From positions 1 through 56,203 of IMG/VR virus record IMGVR_UViG_2778260992_000008: a stretch of DNA of 56,203 bases; one strand, given 5' to 3'. The number at the start of each line of letters is the position of its first letter. Within the stretch, counting starts at the first letter, position 1. Below are positions 44,107 through 54,300 of the stretch, one piece after another. A model generated the notes under the pieces. That model searched no databases, was not told the origin of the DNA, and saw nothing but the letters and a program-made list of their open reading frames with translations. Position numbers and translations under genes: made by a program. Source of the stretch: a virus (lineage: Duplodnaviria > Heunggongvirae > Uroviricota > Caudoviricetes).

Positions 44107-44811
44107 ATGCGCAATATACCGACAGAGATGATTATTGATTCCGTGGACGCTGGCGTGGGCGCGGTGATTGACTTGTTCGAATTGGACTTGTCGCCCCTGG
44201 GTGGGGAAGTTATCCGCTTCCATTCTGGCACGAATGGTTATTACGGTGATGTAATTTGGAAAGGGATTGCATACAACAGCTACCCGATCGAGGTTAGCGG
44301 CTTTGAGATGAAAAACGAGGGCGTTTATTCGCGGCCCCAAATGGCGGTCGCCAATATGGGCGGCCTTGTTACCGGAATGAACAACGATTACAACGACCTG
44401 GTAGGAATGAAGGTAACGCGCCGCCAGGTGGCGGTAAAGTACCTGGACGCTGTTAACTTCCCTAACGGCAATCCCGATGCAGATCCATCTATCGAGGCCG
44501 TATCGGTTTACGTTGTCGAGGCAATGAGCGAAGAAACCGCCGACCAGGTGCAATATGAACTGGCAACGCCGATTGATGCAGATAAGGCCATCATCCCAGG
44601 GCGCACCATCCTTGCGGACGTTTGCCAATGGCAATACAAAGGCGATGGATGCGGCTACGCTGGCGGGCCAGTTGCCACCGACAAAGACACACCGACCAAT
44701 GACCCGACGCTGGACAAATGCAGCCACCGCCTAAGCGGTTGTCGCTTGCGTTTCCCGCGCCCAAATCCGCTACCGATTTCGTGCTTTCCTGGTTCGGGTA
44801 AGGTGAGCTAA
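44107..44811 (+). CDS. minor tail protein L (lambda gpL-like)
   Basis: GFE.NG....RP...V.N..G.VTGM and CQWQYKGDGCGYAG match lambda L; ATG 44107 with RBS AAGGTGAG. Confidence 0.85.
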   Translation: MRNIPTEMIIDSVDAGVGAVIDLFELDLSPLGGEVIRFHSGTNGYYGDVIWKGIAYNSYPIEVSGFEMKNEGVYSRPQMAVANMGGLVTGMNNDYNDLVGMKVTRRQVAVKYLDAVNFPNGNPDADPSIEAVSVYVVEAMSEETADQVQYELATPIDADKAIIPGRTILADVCQWQYKGDGCGYAGGPVATDKDTPTNDPTLDKCSHRLSGCRLRFPRPNPLPISCFPGSGKVS

Positions 44812-44813
44812 TT

Positions 44814-45545
44814 ATGGCGCTTGAAGATGAAATGTTTTGCTATGCCGCCGCTCGACCGTTTGAGGAAGTTTGCGGACTGGTGATAAATAACGAGCGTTTT
44901 TATCCGTGCAAGAACGTGTCTGAAACGCCGTGTAACAGTTTCAAGATTTCGCCGGACGATTACATCAAAGCGGACGGAATGGGCGCTATAACCGCCGTTT
45001 TCCACTCTCACGTTGATGATATTCCGGTATTGTCGGCACTGGATCGACAACAGCAGGTTATTTCCGGGCTACCGTGGTTTTTATATTCCGATGGCAAGAT
45101 CAGAAAATTCCGTCCGGTGGCGCACCTGTTAGGCCGAAAGTTCATACACGGAACGACTGACTGTTACACGCTTTTCCGGGACGCTTATCACCTTTGCGGT
45201 GTGGATCTGCCGGACTTCGAGCGCCTTGATGGGTGGTGGCTACGTGGTGAAAACCTGTATTTAAAAAACTTGCCTTTAAACGGGTTTTTCCAGGTTGACG
45301 CGCAAAACATCCAGCCGGGCGACGTGATCATCAGGCAACCATTTAAAGGCGCGGATCCGTGTCATGCGATGGTTTACCTGGGGAATAACACGGTTTTGCA
45401 TCATGACCATGCCGGACTATTGAGCCGCCGCGAGCAAATGCGGCCCGCGTATGTTCGACAAACGCATTCAATATGGAGATCTGACAAATGCTCAAATTTA
45501 GATTTACGGGCAATCTTCGAAGATATTACAGCAAAGTGTGTTTAA
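44814..45545 (+). CDS. tail tip assembly protein K (JAMM/MPN plus NlpC/P60-like domains)
   Basis: FHSHVDD metal-binding motif; C-terminal Cys/His region (TTDCYTLFRDAYH...); lambda K position. Confidence 0.8.
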   Translation: MALEDEMFCYAAARPFEEVCGLVINNERFYPCKNVSETPCNSFKISPDDYIKADGMGAITAVFHSHVDDIPVLSALDRQQQVISGLPWFLYSDGKIRKFRPVAHLLGRKFIHGTTDCYTLFRDAYHLCGVDLPDFERLDGWWLRGENLYLKNLPLNGFFQVDAQNIQPGDVIIRQPFKGADPCHAMVYLGNNTVLHHDHAGLLSRREQMRPAYVRQTHSIWRSDKCSNLDLRAIFEDITAKCV

Positions 45546-46018
45546 ACGTTGATACGCCCGCGCAAGGGCTTCGCTTATTGACCGCACAGAATAAGGAATT
45601 TAAGCGAGCGTTTTTAAGTACACCATTGCGCTTACGAATTGCCGGGAGGGATTACAACGAAGAAACCGCACCCGCCGCCGTTAATAACAAATATCCAGAC
45701 GGAACAACCATCATTATTGCCCCGGTGGTTGAAGGTGGTTTAACCGGGATCGGGTTAGCTGGTTGGATCTTAATTGGGATTTCAGTAGTTAGCGTGGCGT
45801 TTTCTATTTTCATGTCACTGAACATGAAAACGAAAACATCAGCCGAAAGCGCACAGGATAACAGCATAACGAATAACACTTACACCAGTGTAGAAAACAG
45901 AGTAGGCCAGGGCCGACCTGTTCCGATCTTATTGGGTGAAATGAAAATAGGTTCGAATGTTGGTTCTTTGGGTATTGACACAACCAATAATAAAGACGCC
46001 TTAGACGTTGTAAGTTAA
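45488..46018 (+). CDS. tail assembly protein I (lambda gpI-like)
   Basis: Overlaps K end as in lambda; hydrophobic middle segment; PILLGEMKIGSNV like lambda YGEMRVGS. Confidence 0.7.
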   Translation: MLKFRFTGNLRRYYSKVCLNVDTPAQGLRLLTAQNKEFKRAFLSTPLRLRIAGRDYNEETAPAAVNNKYPDGTTIIIAPVVEGGLTGIGLAGWILIGISVVSVAFSIFMSLNMKTKTSAESAQDNSITNNTYTSVENRVGQGRPVPILLGEMKIGSNVGSLGIDTTNNKDALDVVS

Positions 46019-46030
46019 TAGGGGGTTACT

Positions 46031-49000
46031 ATGGGCGGCGGTGGTGGTAAAACAAAAACACCTGAATTATTGAATGATAACTTATATCATAAACAGTTTT
46101 ATCGCGTGCTGGATATATTAAGCGAAGGACCGATTTATGGTCCCGTTAATACGACCGCGCCGTTAAACTGCGTGATGTTGAATGATACACCTATAACCGA
46201 TGAAGTGGGAAATACCAGTATTCCGGGCGTTAGTGTCGCCTGGCGGCCTGGTACGCTCGACCAATCCCCGATTAATGGTTTTAATGCCATCGAATCGACG
46301 GTAATGGTTAACGCAAAAGTAACGCATGACACCCCACTGGTTAGGACGGTATCAGACCCGAACGTGACGCGCGTCCGGTTAAATATTGGCGTGGACTCAC
46401 TAGTGGAAAGCGACAGTGAATCTAATCAGCACAATACAACGGTTATAATGGCGATCGACGTTAAGCCTTCGTCATCGTCTACCTGGTCGGCGGTTAAAGC
46501 CGTTTCTATCACTGGTAAAATTAGCGGCGAATATCTGGAATCACACATCATTGACGCGCCAAGTGAAAGCCCGTTTGATATTCGCGTCCGGCGCGTCACC
46601 GCTGACAGTGTAAGCGACTTATTGCAGAATGATACCCGCTGGAATAGCTACAGTGAGATCATCGACGATAACCTGGCTTACCCTTACACAGCCGTAGCAG
46701 GTGCGGTAATTGACCATGACCAGTACGCTGACACACCCACCCGCACTTATCATCTGCGCGGCCTGATTGTTGATGTACCGGATAACTACGACCCGGAAAC
46801 GCGTACTTATTCCGGTTTATGGCTGGGTGGCTTTAAAAAGGCGTACACCAATAACCCCGCGTGGTTGTTCCGCTACCTGATCAAAAACGACCGTTTCGGC
46901 CTTGCTCGACAGGCTGGTTATATTGATGTTGACGATGGCGCTTTATACACGCTTTCACAATATTGCGATCAGTTGGTTGATGATGGCTACGGCGGAAAAG
47001 AGCCACGCCTTACCCTTAACGCCTATATCACCGAACAAAAAAGCGCCCGTGATTTACTGGATAACATCGCCGGAATGTTCCGTGGCATCGCATTATGGGA
47101 CGGGCAGCGCCTTACCGTGATGATTGATGCGCCGCAAGACCCGATTGCAACCATCACAAACGCAAACGTCGTTGATGGCGCTTTCACCCGTTCAAGCATC
47201 GCCCGTGCCGAACGTTACAACGCGGTTGTTGTGTCCTGGACCGACCCGGAAAACGGCTGGGAGCAAACAAAAGAGTATGTATCAGATGATGAACTGATCG
47301 CCCGTGACGGTTACAACGAAACCACGCTGGAGGCGTTCGGATGCACATCACGCGGGCAAGCATACCGCGCGGGCAAATGGCTGATAGAAACAGCAAAACG
47401 CGAGCCGTCAAAATTCACGTTTAAAATGGCCCGTGACGCGATTCACTTTACGCCAGGGGATATCATCGAGATCCTCGACAATAACCGCGCGGGCGCTCGT
47501 TTAGGCGGTCGTATCGTGGCGAACAATGGCAAGGTGATAACGGTCGATAAGGTTGATTCAGAATACATTACCGCAGGTGACACCATCAGCTTACTCGATA
47601 GCGATGGCAAATTTAAAAAGCACCAGATTACCGGGGTGAATGGAAATGAGATCACCTTAGCGGCGGCCCCGGCATGGATACGCAACGGGACCGTTTTCGC
47701 TGTATCCACTGAAGCAGCAAAACCCGTTTTGTGTCGGATCACCAGTGTAGCCGAAACTGAAAATAACAGCGTGTACACCATCGAGGCCGCGCAGCACGAC
47801 CCAAATAAACAGGCGGTAGTCGATGAAGGCACAATCTTCGAAATCAGCAGCGACACGCTAAATCACTTCCGCGTGCCGAACATCGAAAATTTGAAAGTGG
47901 TAAACGTTGGATCAGAGACAGTTCAATGCCGCGCCACCTGGGAGACACAGACAACAACGCGTAGCCTGACTTTTGAGATCCGCATATACAACGCAGACGG
48001 GCGCGTGGTGGCAAGCTACGAAACGCAGAATTACCGATATGAATTTTTCGGCCTTGAATGCGGGAATTACTCGTTGGGCGTGCGCGGGCGTAATGATGCT
48101 GGCATGAAGGGTGCGGAAACGCTGGTAGATCTCATCGTTGGAGCGCCAGCCGCGCCGACTGGTGTTAATTGGGTGCCAGGTGTTTTCCAGGCAACCGTCT
48201 ACCCGATCAACAGCACCACACTAACGACCGATACCACTTACGAATTTTATTATGCCGGGGAAAACCAGATCACTGACTTCAGCCAGGTAACAACATCAGC
48301 GCAATTCACCGGGCGCGGGTATCAATGGACCTTCGGCGGGATGGCAACGGGGCACACGTATTACGTTTACGTGCGCACAAAAAACGCTTTCGGTGTATCT
48401 GACTTTATCGAAGCCAGCGGTAAACCTTCCGAAAACTTCGAAGAAATCACGGATGCCGTGCTGAATGAAGTTATGGAAGGCGAACAATTCCAGAACATGA
48501 TCAAGGACTCCATAGACGAAGTAACAGGCGGTTTAATGGGTGACGTGGAAGAACTGAAACAAACCACGGTAGACATTGACCAGGCTGTTACCGATCTGAA
48601 GGAATCAACCGCCGATCTGGAAGAACGTGTAAAAAACAATGAGGACGGAATTGGGGAGCACGAAAGCCAGATTAACGAAATCAGCGTAGAATTGACGGAG
48701 CAGGAAAACGAGCTAATGCAGACCCGCGCCAGCCTGCAAAACGCAGCCATTGCGCTTATGAATAACTCATTAGCCAACACCAGCACCCGCACCACGTTAA
48801 CGGCGCAATATAAGAGCCAGAAAGCGGAAACGAAAGCAGAAATTGAGCGCATTGATTCAGTTATTGCTACAGAGAAGGAGGCGACCGCGCAGGCGCTTAC
48901 CACGCTTGAAAGCAAGGTGAATGACGAAATCAGCGCCAACTTAACCGAAATGCAGCAGACGATCGCAACGCTGGAGGAATCGACAAGCCAATCAATCGAA

Positions 49001-50005
49001 AAACTGGAAAGCCAGGTAAACGAGGATATCCAGGCCAGCTTAACGGAGATTAACCAGACAATCACCAATCTGGAATCATCCACGGCTGAATCCATTAATA
49101 ACCTTGAAGCGAAAGTAGACGGCGATATCTCATCAGCGATCAGCAGTATGGATCAGGCATTAGCTACGCATGAACAAGCCAACGCTACACAGTTTGCCAG
49201 CCTGCAATCTCAGATTGATGAGAATGAAGCGGCAATCACTGAAACTAATCAGACGATTGCAACCAATGAGCAAGCGACCGCGCAGAAGCTGGAGCAATTG
49301 CAAGCCCAAATCGATGATGATGTGTCGGCAGCCATTACCGAAATGCAAACGGCACTTGCTACCCACGAAAAGGCCAACGCTACACAGTTTGCGGAGATTA
49401 GCGCATCACTGGAAGCAAACGAAGCAACGATCACGGAGTGGGGCGAAGCGTTTACATCTTACAAGGAATCAACCGCCACGCAGATCGAAAGCATCACGGC
49501 CTCAATCGACGGGCAATCGGTATCAATCGAAGAAAACAAAACCGCAATTGCCGGTATTGAAACAGATATGTCGGCAACGTGGAGCATTAAGATCGCTACT
49601 GACAATAACGGCATGAAGTATGCGTCCGGGATTTCGTTAGGTATGACCGGATCAGGAAGTAGCACACAATCACAATGCATTTTCCTTGTTGACCGCTTTG
49701 TGCTAATGACGGCGGCAAACGGCACATATACGACACCTTTCTATGTTACAAACGGTGCAATGTATGTGCGCGAAGCGTTTATTAAAGACGCATCAATCAC
49801 TAACGCGAAAATTGGATCTTACATCCAGTCCAATAACTATGTTTCCGGTAGCACTGGCTGGAAGCTGGATAAATCCGGTACATTCGAAAACTATGGCGCG
49901 GTGAGTGGTGAAGGCGCAATGAAATTAACAAATACCACTATTTCAGTAAAAGACGGTAACGGCGTTTTACGCGTCCAAATTGGGCGGATTACCGGATCAT
50001 GGTAG
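46031..50005 (+). CDS. host specificity / central tail fibre protein J
   Basis: 1324 aa; conserved gpJ N-terminal region; quasi-repetitive coiled-coil region ~48500-49500. Confidence 0.85.
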   Translation: MGGGGGKTKTPELLNDNLYHKQFYRVLDILSEGPIYGPVNTTAPLNCVMLNDTPITDEVGNTSIPGVSVAWRPGTLDQSPINGFNAIESTVMVNAKVTHDTPLVRTVSDPNVTRVRLNIGVDSLVESDSESNQHNTTVIMAIDVKPSSSSTWSAVKAVSITGKISGEYLESHIIDAPSESPFDIRVRRVTADSVSDLLQNDTRWNSYSEIIDDNLAYPYTAVAGAVIDHDQYADTPTRTYHLRGLIVDVPDNYDPETRTYSGLWLGGFKKAYTNNPAWLFRYLIKNDRFGLARQAGYIDVDDGALYTLSQYCDQLVDDGYGGKEPRLTLNAYITEQKSARDLLDNIAGMFRGIALWDGQRLTVMIDAPQDPIATITNANVVDGAFTRSSIARAERYNAVVVSWTDPENGWEQTKEYVSDDELIARDGYNETTLEAFGCTSRGQAYRAGKWLIETAKREPSKFTFKMARDAIHFTPGDIIEILDNNRAGARLGGRIVANNGKVITVDKVDSEYITAGDTISLLDSDGKFKKHQITGVNGNEITLAAAPAWIRNGTVFAVSTEAAKPVLCRITSVAETENNSVYTIEAAQHDPNKQAVVDEGTIFEISSDTLNHFRVPNIENLKVVNVGSETVQCRATWETQTTTRSLTFEIRIYNADGRVVASYETQNYRYEFFGLECGNYSLGVRGRNDAGMKGAETLVDLIVGAPAAPTGVNWVPGVFQATVYPINSTTLTTDTTYEFYYAGENQITDFSQVTTSAQFTGRGYQWTFGGMATGHTYYVYVRTKNAFGVSDFIEASGKPSENFEEITDAVLNEVMEGEQFQNMIKDSIDEVTGGLMGDVEELKQTTVDIDQAVTDLKESTADLEERVKNNEDGIGEHESQINEISVELTEQENELMQTRASLQNAAIALMNNSLANTSTRTTLTAQYKSQKAETKAEIERIDSVIATEKEATAQALTTLESKVNDEISANLTEMQQTIATLEESTSQSIEKLESQVNEDIQASLTEINQTITNLESSTAESINNLEAKVDGDISSAISSMDQALATHEQANATQFASLQSQIDENEAAITETNQTIATNEQATAQKLEQLQAQIDDDVSAAITEMQTALATHEKANATQFAEISASLEANEATITEWGEAFTSYKESTATQIESITASIDGQSVSIEENKTAIAGIETDMSATWSIKIATDNNGMKYASGISLGMTGSGSSTQSQCIFLVDRFVLMTAANGTYTTPFYVTNGAMYVREAFIKDASITNAKIGSYIQSNNYVSGSTGWKLDKSGTFENYGAVSGEGAMKLTNTTISVKDGNGVLRVQIGRITGSW

Positions 50006-50011
50006 AATTAA

Positions 50012-50040
50012 GGGGCCGACTTGTTCGGCCTCAGTTTTAT
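50012..50040 (+). terminator. weak hairpin terminator after J
   Basis: GGCCGA-CTTGT-TCGGCC followed by TCAGTTTTA. Confidence 0.35.
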
Positions 50041-50055
50041 TAAGGAGGTGCAATT

Positions 50056-50367
50056 ATGGCTACTTTCGGCGTAGCAACCTGGGACGCCAGCGGCAAAGCT
50101 AACAACTACGGGATCAAACCTTCAGTCGTGGTTGGTTATATTTCCCTATCCTCCGGGCAAGTATCCGGCACGTATACTTTTACAGTGCCGACCGGATGTA
50201 AATTATCCTACGGTATGACACTTGATTATGGCACAACGTCAACGACGCGCAGAAAGATCACTATTTCGGGTGGTACTGTTTCCATTTCCTCAGCAGGAAA
50301 CACGGTAGGCGCTAATATATGGCCCGCGTCACAGTGTGAAATTGTTATATTTGCGGAGGTGGCTTAA
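50056..50367 (+). CDS. hypothetical tail-associated protein (MATFG paralog 1)
   Basis: 103 aa; RBS AAGGAGGTG; begins MATFGVATWDASG. Confidence 0.45.
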   Translation: MATFGVATWDASGKANNYGIKPSVVVGYISLSSGQVSGTYTFTVPTGCKLSYGMTLDYGTTSTTRRKITISGGTVSISSAGNTVGANIWPASQCEIVIFAEVA

Positions 50368-50960
50368 TGGCAACCTTCGGAGCTTATTTGAGATTAAGTA
50401 ACGGGAATATTTTCGTTACACCGGAAGCGACGCCGCTTTGCTTATATAAACGGGTGGCATTAACATCATCGAATCAAACCGTCGCCGTGCCACCCGGAAA
50501 ACCCGTGATGGTATTTGTGAAAAGCACTACCGCCGCCGCTGTATTAGCTTATAGAAATAGTTCATCGACTTTACTGATCGGTGCTGGTTCGGGGTATGCG
50601 TATATTTTCAGTATTTTCCCGCCATCGCTGCCGAAATGGGGAATGGCTATCTGGAACGCTTCCGGGGAACTGGTGCTAACTAATGAATCAAGAATATTAA
50701 CAGACCTTGTAACCGTGGGGACAGCAGGATCAAGTGGCGGGATTTATATAGACCAGACGTTATCCGGTTCTTATGCTATTTGCCCCCAATTGTTAGGGGC
50801 GCTCGTTGGACAGGGTAGTGCCTCCATTTATGCGGCGGCTTATTACAACGGAAGCACGACCAGAATTTACGGTATCCAGGCGGGTAGCGTATATGCACCA
50901 ACTGGCTATATCAACCACGGGAACGCTATCACCGCCATTAAAACCGACGCCTATGATTAA
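50367..50960 (+). CDS. hypothetical tail-associated protein (MATFG paralog 2)
   Basis: 197 aa; ATGA overlap; begins MATFGAYL and shares WNASGE with paralog 1. Confidence 0.45.
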   Translation: MATFGAYLRLSNGNIFVTPEATPLCLYKRVALTSSNQTVAVPPGKPVMVFVKSTTAAAVLAYRNSSSTLLIGAGSGYAYIFSIFPPSLPKWGMAIWNASGELVLTNESRILTDLVTVGTAGSSGGIYIDQTLSGSYAICPQLLGALVGQGSASIYAAAYYNGSTTRIYGIQAGSVYAPTGYINHGNAITAIKTDAYD

Positions 50961-51196
50961 TTCAGTTCCGGGCAATCCGTTTTCTTGAAGTGGTCAACGC
51001 TTACCCATTGAAAATTAAACGGATACCCGGCCTTAACCATTTTATGACCGCCAACATCCGCGACACCGAAGACTGCAACCGCATATTCATTACCGCCAGT
51101 TTGATAAATTGCCGTGCATTCACGTTTAGGCATGTCAGCGCAACCAACCAGACCAGCAACCATTGCAACGATAGCGATATTTTTTAAGCCTTTCAT
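50957..51196 (-). CDS. Cor-like lipoprotein (candidate superinfection exclusion)
   Basis: Signal plus lipobox MKGLKNIAIVAMVAGLVGC; ATG 51196 with RBS GGAGGG; between J and side tail fibre, where cor sits in lambdoid phages. Confidence 0.45.
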   Translation of the reverse strand: MKGLKNIAIVAMVAGLVGCADMPKRECTAIYQTGGNEYAVAVFGVADVGGHKMVKAGYPFNFQWVSVDHFKKTDCPELN

Positions 51197-51355
51197 TGTC
51201 TTACCCTCCGTTGTTTCGTTGGTTGTAGTATCCACAAACTGTATTTTCTCAACATTGATATAAATCAACAAATACATTTTGTATAAACCAAAAATGTAAC
51301 ATAGATCACAAAATGGTAGAATTATTCCGTTAATTAACATAATGGAGTCATTGCA

Positions 51356-54300
51356 ATGATCTACACCATTGGAAATATTGCCGTATCCGGTAACACGCTG
51401 ACCGGGACGGGCACAAATTTTAAAGCACCCTTATCTATGATCCGCGTAGGGTGCACCGTTATTGTAAAAAGCGACCCTATCCAGATCTTTTCCATCACTG
51501 AAATTGTCAGTGAAACGGAATTATCTGTGACCCCGGCAGCATCACCGGATATTCCGGCGGGTACTGCTTACAGTATTTTATTGTGTGATTCGATCTCAGT
51601 TGATGGGCTGGCGCAAGACGTAGCGGAAGCATTACGGTATTTTACCGGGCAAGAGTCAGAGATCTATGCTGCCGTTGAATACTGGAAAAATTATGGTGAT
51701 GCCGCGCAGGTGGAAGCATTGTTAACCGCTATCCAGGCGGAAACAGCGCAATCAACCGCCAACGCCGCAGCCACCGCCGCAGACGTTGAAACAACCGCCG
51801 CAGCACTGAATGAAGCTGTAGCAGCAAAAGACGCAGCGGAAGCAGCAGCCGCCAACGCAGAGCAGCAGGCCGCCACCGCCACCACGCAGGCGACTACCGC
51901 TACCGAACAAGCTACCGCCGCAGCGGAAGCAGCAGCAGAAGCAAAAGATCATCGTGGCACGGCTTACATCTGGATGAATGAGGCTATCAGCCAGGCGACA
52001 ACGGCTACCGAGCAAGCGACCATCGCTACCGAAAAAGCAACGGCAGCGACCGATGCCGCCACCGCCGCACAGGAAGCACTGACGCTTACCCAGGAAGCCC
52101 GCGACACTGCCACCCAACAGGCAACCATCGCTACCGAACAGGCCACTATCGCTACTGACGCCGCCAACGCCGCCGAAACAAGCGCCGCCAACGTCGCAGC
52201 AGACGAACAAGAAATTGCAGCCAATGCAGCCGCAGCAGCAGAAGCAGCCACCGCCGCCGCATTATCAGAAGCTAATGCGAAAACTTACGCGGAGCAAGCA
52301 AAAGCACTATCAGAAGACTCATTATCCCTTATCGGCTTGGGCGCTGATCGCCGTGATTGGCCCGATTGCACGACTGATCCATCAGCCTATATTGGCTTTG
52401 TTCGTCTGGAAGAAGCCACCGCGACGGGTTTCCCGTCTATCGCTTCCGGTGAAGTCTACCTGGTAGGCTGGCTGGCACGCGGTGACGGCCTGTTCATCAA
52501 TGGTTGTTTCGTAGGTACGAATACTCGCTCGCTCTACACCTACATGTATAACAATGCCGATGGGACTTACGGCTGGACCCGTCACGCCCGGAAGGACGAA
52601 GTAAGTCGCTTTGTTCAGCGCGGCGGTGAATCGGAGGTGTACAGTGGCGATGGTCGTAAATATTTTTTCATAAACAACATGGACGGGACTTATCATTGGG
52701 GGGCTTACGATACAAGTACGGGGCAAACCGTTCCGTTACAAGTATCTTGCGGCGGTACAGGTGGGCGTAATGCCGGACAAGCCCGCACCAGCTTACAGGT
52801 GATGTACGAACAAAAAACTGACCTCGGAGATACGGATCTAAACACCCTGACTGGTGAGTATTCCGGTTTCTATCGCCAGAAAACCAACGCAAAAGCCACC
52901 ACTGAACATAATTACCCGTGCAACTATGCGGGCGCGCTTGTCGTGCTGGGGAATAGTGCTAATAGTGATTCGGGATGTACGCAAATTTATTACCCCTATA
53001 ACTATAGTGATTTGTATTATACCCGTTGGTGTAATGGTTCTGATCTTAATTGGTCCGACTGGTGCGAGCATCGCGGCTACTGGACAATCCTTAATAACAT
53101 TGGCTTAGGTGCATCACCTCGCCATTGTAATGATCTCACGGGTGATCCATTCTCTTATATTGGCTTCTTACGCCTGACTCCGGCGGGGACCACTGGCTAT
53201 CCTGACGTCGCAACAGAAGCGGGCGAGGGCGCTTTGAGTGGTTACATCTGCCGTAACGATGGTGAACCTTCATACTCCGGCTTATTTGTCGGTGCTACGA
53301 CTGGCGCGGCCTACACCTACCGCTATAGCTTAGGTGGTGGCGTTCAATGGCAAAGAATTCCGCGAGCTAATGACTTAAGCCGTTTTGTGCAAAACGACTC
53401 AACAACGCGCATGTATGGCCCGACAGGCGATCGCTTCTTTGAGATCCACACCAACGGTAATTGGGGTGTTTACAGTACCGCTGATTCCGCGTGGATACCG
53501 TTAGGTATTGCACAGGGCGGCACAGGTGCAACAGACGCAGCCACGGCCCGCACTAATTTAGGGTTAGGCACTACAAACGATGTGCAGCATCAGAATCTGA
53601 CGCTGACCCGTACAAGCGACGGGACAGATGGTTGGGTAGCTGGTGGTATGACCAAATCTAAACTTTTAGGTACTGACGGCACTGTACGCGCCGAGGGCTG
53701 GATGTATGCAGAATGCAACGCAAGTAGCCCAACGCAAATGACCTTTGCCATCCATTCAGCGACCGAAGGCTACAAATATTTGTCTTTCAATACGAAAGGC
53801 CAGATCCTGGCTGAAACGGCTATTTTCCGTTCAACCTACGTTAACCCGTTGGTTATTGAAAGCACTACCCCGACAGTCAGCTTTAACGAAACCGACCGCC
53901 CGGATGGCGCACCTTATTACAACTTTATTGCCGATGGCGGCAACTGGCGTATTCAGAAAAACGGCGACGGGTATGATGGTGAATATGTAATAAGTTATGA
54001 CTATAAACTCAACGAGATTCAAGTACCTAACTTGCTTGCTACGGCTATCCAGAAACCTTTAAACCTCGATCAGACCAAAACAAATCTGCAAATCCCTTAC
54101 ACCGGGGTGAGCCATTGGACCGACTACAACGCCCCGGAAGGCGCGGAAGCAACCAAATACTATCCGGTTATTATTTCTCAACCGTCATACTTCAACGGTG
54201 ATTTCTTTGTCGAAGTCGCTATGCGCACACGCTCAATACAGGGCGCTGAAGAACCTAACTGTAACGCCATTCACCTATGGATGCGTGATGGTGGCTGGTC

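Noticed and set aside
44092-44727. 211-codon minus-strand ORF antisense to gene L
   Set aside because: Fully overlaps a gene with strong gpL motifs; no start context.
48367-49095. 242-codon minus-strand ORF antisense to J
   Set aside because: Lies in the coiled-coil repeat region of J; Ser-rich low-complexity product.
51691-52251. Minus-strand ORFs inside the tail fibre repeat region
   Set aside because: Antisense artefacts of the GC-rich Ala/Thr repeat coding sequence.
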